DNA of 64,000 nt, from assembly GCA_965216565.1 (NCBI GenBank), contig OZ244170.1:4672001-4736000 (forward strand). Reading direction: 5' to 3'. Below, piece after piece: positions 59,503 to 64,000 of this stretch (its first letter is position 1; every line of letters starts with the position of its first letter). A program made the translations under genes and the position numbers. The notes beneath the pieces are model-generated. The model was not told the origin of the DNA and searched no databases. It saw only the letters and a program-made list of their open reading frames with translations. The stretch comes from Bythopirellula sp. (lineage in GTDB: Bacteria; Planctomycetota; Planctomycetia; Pirellulales; Lacipirellulaceae).

Positions 59503-61013
59503 TGGGCTCGTCTACGCGAGATCCCTAAAAGCCCAAACGTACTAAGTGCGATCCAAACGCAGGACGGCTCGGGTACTTGCGACAGGGGCGAACTCGGGTT
59601 GTACTCTGTCTGCCAAATGAGAAAGTCGAGACCGTTGACGCTGCGATCGACATTGGCGTCGCCATCGGAGAACAAGGCACTGATGGTACCGTAGCTATTC
59701 TCCCAGGTAGCTAGATCGTTACCGTCAACTGTGCCGCTGCGGTCGAAGTCGCCCGACTCGGTGGCGTCTGTCAAAATGCGATAGATCCCACCGCCGAGGG
59801 TCATAAAGTAGACGTTGCCCGCCGAGTCTTCGGCAAACGATACGGGACCGCCAGTGGTATTGCTTCCGCCGGGGAACAATTCGTCTTCGAGCCGTTCCAC
59901 GGACCCGACAGGGTTGGCTGCATCGAGACTCCAGAAATACTCCTGCTCAGCAAACACATCACCAAATAGATAGCGGCCGTGGACTTCGGGATCGGGTCCC
60001 CGATAAACCACGCCACCAATGACCGAGACGCCGCGGAACTCCGGATCGGACGGGCCCGATCCATTGTGCGAGTAGTCGTAGACTGGGTCGACGACGTTGC
60101 TTCCGGGGGTGTTTTTTAAATTGGTACATGCCGTGGAGGTCACCAACCCTTCGCACGGGTTCCAGCCAAAGTTCTCGCCGCCCGCGCTATCTGAGCGAAT
60201 AACGTCGACCTCTTCCCGCTGACCCGCACCCACGTCGCCAATCCACAGATCGCCCGTGTGACGATCGAAACTTGCTTGAAATGGATTCCGCAGTCCATAG
60301 GCGTAGATTTCATCCTCGCCGGTGGTGGTGGAAAATGGGTTGGAGGAGGGAATGGCGTAGTTGCGTGATGGGTCTGCAGGAAAGTCGTCGCCATCGACAT
60401 CGATCCTCAGCACGTTACCTAACAGATCGCCGGTGATGGTTTGGCCAGGGCCGCTGCCGCCGCCATCGCCAATCGTGATGTGCAGATACGACTCTTCCCC
60501 CGCGTTAGCTTGCGGATTGAAACCTATCCATCCACCATTGTGGTTAGAGAATGTTTGCGGCACTTCCAGAACAGTCGTTGAGTTGGGGTCGGCAACCAAG
60601 GGGTTGGAGCCGCTGACCGTGTACTCGTAAATCGTCGACGTAAACGGATTGTTGTTCCCAGGATTAGCGTCGTTAGGATCGATCGTCGCATGGACATAGA
60701 ATTTACCGTTGGTCTGATAGTTTGGATGGAACGCCAGTCCGAGTAACCCGCCCTCGCCGGTCTCGTCGACTCCAGGTACTTGAACGAATGGAGTCGGCAG
60801 TAGCGTGTCAGTCTGTAGATCGAGAACCCGCACGACTCCGTCGCGTTGCGCTAAAAATAAATGATCGGAATCGCCGGGGGCTGGTGAGGCAGCCAAGATA
60901 GAGACACCGGGAAACGCCACCAACTGGACCCCTGTGATCTCTGCGTCTGCCGACGGGGTATTCCACAAGACAAGAATAAGTACGCATGCGCGCAGAAGAG
61001 CCTTCTTCATCAT
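59499..61013 (-). CDS. PQQ-dependent sugar dehydrogenase-like (GSDH) protein with dockerin-like domain and PEP-CTERM tail
   Basis: GEGGLLGLAFHP, NHNGG, YGLRNP, GDVG..EE; VPEPSCVW..RRR. Confidence 0.88.
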   Translation of the reverse strand: MMKKALLRACVLILVLWNTPSADAEITGVQLVAFPGVSILAASPAPGDSDHLFLAQRDGVVRVLDLQTDTLLPTPFVQVPGVDETGEGGLLGLAFHPNYQTNGKFYVHATIDPNDANPGNNNPFTSTIYEYTVSGSNPLVADPNSTTVLEVPQTFSNHNGGWIGFNPQANAGEESYLHITIGDGGGSGPGQTITGDLLGNVLRIDVDGDDFPADPSRNYAIPSSNPFSTTTGEDEIYAYGLRNPFQASFDRHTGDLWIGDVGAGQREEVDVIRSDSAGGENFGWNPCEGLVTSTACTNLKNTPGSNVVDPVYDYSHNGSGPSDPEFRGVSVIGGVVYRGPDPEVHGRYLFGDVFAEQEYFWSLDAANPVGSVERLEDELFPGGSNTTGGPVSFAEDSAGNVYFMTLGGGIYRILTDATESGDFDRSGTVDGNDLATWENSYGTISALFSDGDANVDRSVNGLDFLIWQTEYNPSSPLSQVPEPSCVWIALSTFGLLGISRRRAH

Positions 61014-61135
61014 CTGTTCCTCTCGTTCTGTTCCGTGCAGTTTTGCCCCTGCAGCTATGCAGTTTAGTCGCACGTCGCGCAGGGTGTCAACAAAACGAGT
61101 AGAACCTTTGCAGTTTCGAGCCTACAACTTACAGC

Positions 61136-62578
61136 CTATATGTCGTAGTACATGCAGAACTCATAAGGATGAGGACGCAACGCGAGAGCGTCGACCTCGT
61201 TTTCTTTCTTGTAAGAAATCCAGGTGTTGATCACGTCTTGCGTGAAGACGTCGCCGCGGAGTAGGAATTCGTGATCGGCAGCCAGGGCGTCGAGCGCTGC
61301 GTCCAACGAACCGGGCGTGGTTGGCACGTTGGCCATTTCTTCTGGTTCTAGGTCGTAGATATCTTTATCCAGTGGATCGCCAGGGTGGATTTTGTTTTGA
61401 ATGCCGTCGAGGGCTGCCATCATTAGCGCGGAGAATGCCAGGTAAGGATTCGCACTGGGGTCGGGGCAGCGGAACTCAATCCGCTTGGCTTTGGGGTTGG
61501 GGCTGTACATCGGAATGCGACACGCTGCTGAGCGGTTGCGTTGCGAGTACGCCAGGTTGACAGGGGCTTCGTACCCGGGGACTAGGCGTTTGTAACTGTT
61601 GGTCGTGGGATTGGTGAAGGCAAGAATCGCCGGAGCGTGCGTTAAGATGCCGCCGATAGCGAAGAGGGCATCGTCACTCAGGCCCGCGTAGCCGCTGCCG
61701 GCAAAGATTGGTTGGTCGCCTTTCCAAAACGAAATGTGCGTGTGCATGCCGGAACCGTTGTCGCTGAACAGAGGTTTAGGCATAAATGTGACGGTATGTC
61801 CGTGCTGCTTGGCGACATTCTTGATGATGTATTTGTACAGGCACATGTCGTCGGCCATCTGTACCAGGTCGTTGTAACGCAGATCGATTTCCGATTGACC
61901 GGCAGTCGCCACCTCGTGATGCTGGGCCTCCACATCTAAGCCGCAATCGATCATCATCTGCATCATCTCGTTCCGGATGTCCATAAACGAGTCGGCCGGT
62001 GGGCAGGGGAAATAGCCTTCTTTGTGACGCAGTTTGTAACCCAGGTTCGGACCTTCGCCGAGCATCCGCGTATCGGTGCCCCGATTCCATTCCCCTTCGT
62101 TACTATCGATGAAAAAAAAGCTGTGTTCTGGGCGTTGATCGAAACGGACGTCGTCGAAGATGAAGAACTCTGCTTCGGGGCCGATGCGGCAAGAGTCGGC
62201 CACGCCGGTGCTCTTGAGATAGTTCACCGCCTTGCGGGCAACATTGCGAGGATCGCGTGTATAGTCTTCGCGTGTGATGGGGTCCTGAATGTTACAAATC
62301 ATCACTAGCGTGGCCAATTCGGTGAATGGATCGATAAACGCCGTCTCGGCCTGCGGCACAAGCAGCATGTCGCTCTCGTTGATCGCCTGCCACCCGCGAA
62401 TGCTGGAGCCATCGAACCCCAGTCCGTCTTCGAATACATCTTCATCGAGTTTGCCGACAGGGATAGTGAAGTGCTGCCAGAGCCCGGGAAAATCCATGAA
62501 GCGTAGATCAACTGCTTTGACGCTTTTTTCACGGCACAGAGCCAAAACGTCTTGGGGTTTCATTTGAATGTCTGTCAT
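61136..62578 (-). CDS. glnA: Glutamine synthetase type I
   Basis: [36 protein letters not shown] adenylylation-site motif. Confidence 0.97.
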   Translation of the reverse strand: MTDIQMKPQDVLALCREKSVKAVDLRFMDFPGLWQHFTIPVGKLDEDVFEDGLGFDGSSIRGWQAINESDMLLVPQAETAFIDPFTELATLVMICNIQDPITREDYTRDPRNVARKAVNYLKSTGVADSCRIGPEAEFFIFDDVRFDQRPEHSFFFIDSNEGEWNRGTDTRMLGEGPNLGYKLRHKEGYFPCPPADSFMDIRNEMMQMMIDCGLDVEAQHHEVATAGQSEIDLRYNDLVQMADDMCLYKYIIKNVAKQHGHTVTFMPKPLFSDNGSGMHTHISFWKGDQPIFAGSGYAGLSDDALFAIGGILTHAPAILAFTNPTTNSYKRLVPGYEAPVNLAYSQRNRSAACRIPMYSPNPKAKRIEFRCPDPSANPYLAFSALMMAALDGIQNKIHPGDPLDKDIYDLEPEEMANVPTTPGSLDAALDALAADHEFLLRGDVFTQDVINTWISYKKENEVDALALRPHPYEFCMYYDI

Positions 62579-62841
62579 GTTGGACTCGAGAGATTGTTTG
62601 AATTACTGATGGACACGAATGAAAACGAATAGGGCATAGAAACTTAGTCTTTCCCATCCGCGTTTGGGATTTTGATGGGTTGAAACTTTCTTGAGCCGAT
62701 AGCACTAGCCACGGGTGCACTGGGTGGTCTCGTGCTCTATGAGCATCCGAAACTAACGCGTTCGGCTCAATAGATTGGAAACCGGTTTCGAGTCTATTCG
62801 TGGTGCAAAACTCAAAGGCTGAGGTGCCATGAAGATACAAC

Positions 62842-62876
62842 AGAAAACCCCTCTCCGCCAGCGGGCGAAGAGGGGC
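62842..62876 (-). terminator. Rho-independent terminator after glnII
   Basis: Minus strand cccctcttcgcc-cgct-ggcggagagggg-ttttct. Confidence 0.75.
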
Positions 62877-62940
62877 GATAGCTTTCGAATTATCGTTCCA
62901 GTTTACCGGGGGTGGGCCCAGGTAACTTAGGTTTGATAGC

Positions 62941-63930
62941 CTAGGAACGCAGGGTTGTGAGAATCTCTCTGACAACCCGATAGGGGTCGGCGTTGGAAGC
63001 CGGTCGGCGATCTTCCAGATAACCCTTCCAGCCGTTTTGCACTGTGCCAATCGGAATGCGAATCGAAGCGCCACGATCACTGACGTCGTAGCTGAACTTC
63101 TCGATCGACTGGGTTTCGTGCAAACCGGTGAGGCGTTGTTCGTTATCGGAGCCATAGGCAGCGATGTGATCCTCGTGGCGTCCCCGGAACTTCTCGCAAA
63201 TGCCTTTGATTAGGTCCTCGCCACCTTCGTCGCGAATCGGCGTGGTGGAGAAGTTGGTGTGCATGCCACTACCATTCCAATCGCCCTGGATGGGCTTGGG
63301 ATGGAGTTCGATGGAAACGCCATATTTTTCGCCCGTGCGGTGCAACAGGTAACGCGATAGCCAAAGGTCATCGCAGGCGTCTTTGGCACCCTTGCCAAAC
63401 AACTGATATTCCCACTGGCCCTTCATCACCTCGGCATTGATGCCGGTGACGGATAGGCCTGCTTCCAAGCAAATGTCGAGATGCTCTTCGACAATGTCGC
63501 GGCCAACGCAATTGTTGAATCCAACCGAGCAGTAGTAAGGGCCCTGAGGTCCAGGGTAACCATCGGCAGGAAAGCCCAAAGGCTTGAAGCCGTTCATGAT
63601 GGTGTACTCTTGTTCGAATCCGAGCCACAGATCAGAATCGTCCTCGAAGCTGCCACGACCGTTGGAATTATGGGTCGAGCCATCAGCGTTAAGCACTTCG
63701 CATAGTACGAGCGAGGCTTCTTCGCGTGCGGGGTCGACGACCATTTTCACAGGTTTCAGCAAACAGTCGGAGGAACTTCCCTCGGCTTGCTCGGTGCTAC
63801 TTCCGTCAAACGACCAATCTGGGCAATCCTCTACTTTGGATGGCTGGCTGGACACGACTTTTGTTTTGCTGCGTAGGCTGGGCTCGGGTTGGTAGCCATC
63901 TAGCCATATGTACTCTAGCTTGTAACTCAT
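62941..63930 (-). CDS. glnII: Glutamine synthetase type II
   Basis: KLEYIWLDG, LRSKTK, WSFDGSST, QGPYYC, GINAEV..QWEYQ, DWNGSGMH, GYLEDRRPASN. Confidence 0.93.
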   Translation of the reverse strand: MSYKLEYIWLDGYQPEPSLRSKTKVVSSQPSKVEDCPDWSFDGSSTEQAEGSSSDCLLKPVKMVVDPAREEASLVLCEVLNADGSTHNSNGRGSFEDDSDLWLGFEQEYTIMNGFKPLGFPADGYPGPQGPYYCSVGFNNCVGRDIVEEHLDICLEAGLSVTGINAEVMKGQWEYQLFGKGAKDACDDLWLSRYLLHRTGEKYGVSIELHPKPIQGDWNGSGMHTNFSTTPIRDEGGEDLIKGICEKFRGRHEDHIAAYGSDNEQRLTGLHETQSIEKFSYDVSDRGASIRIPIGTVQNGWKGYLEDRRPASNADPYRVVREILTTLRS

Positions 63931-64000
63931 CTTTCATTCGCTCCTTAGCAAATCGACCAAAAAATTGATTCCCTAAATGCCTGCTATCCATGACGGATTA

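Noticed and set aside
62580..62840. Sigma54 promoter or glutamine riboswitch upstream of glnA
   Set aside because: The minus-strand TGGCAC near 62829 lacks GC at the -12 position, and I could not match a glnA-riboswitch structure by eye

Overview
A 64-kb chromosomal window from a planctomycete (inferred Pirellulales-like from the DUF1559 prepilin, the 'LHCERLEERRMLA' N-terminal motif, fae/mtd C1 genes, tandem Zn-ribbon signal peptidases and a PVC-type small basic protein). Most of it is housekeeping and envelope genes: rplM-rpsI, trpC, lpxD-lpxI, lptB, two lepB, gltA, glycosyltransferases, mfd, ilvB, ald, an AbrB/Doc toxin-antitoxin pair, glnA and glnII. The accessory part lies mainly at 3.6-14 kb. 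(1) A fully delimited 2.45-kb IS1-family element (23-bp terminal inverted repeats, 9-bp target duplication) carries a decayed transposase, a divergent ribbon-helix-helix gene and a membrane passenger gene. (2) A PEP-CTERM gene is flanked by order-swapped repeat blocks (A-B-gene-B-A). (3) The best candidate for an undescribed system is a sigma54 module at 10.2-14.1 kb: a sensor-less enhancer-binding protein, three TCACYA-N3-TRGTGA boxes, a -24/-12 promoter, a 59-aa ORF missing from the ORF track, a pseudo-receiver, a second related small basic protein (shared C-terminus G-x-H-x-R-x4-M-[ST]-W-stop) and a PEP-CTERM gene. Several families of REP/MITE-like intergenic repeats are scattered throughout. 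I found no rRNA, tRNA or CRISPR array. All calls come from reading the sequence by eye; no database searches were run.
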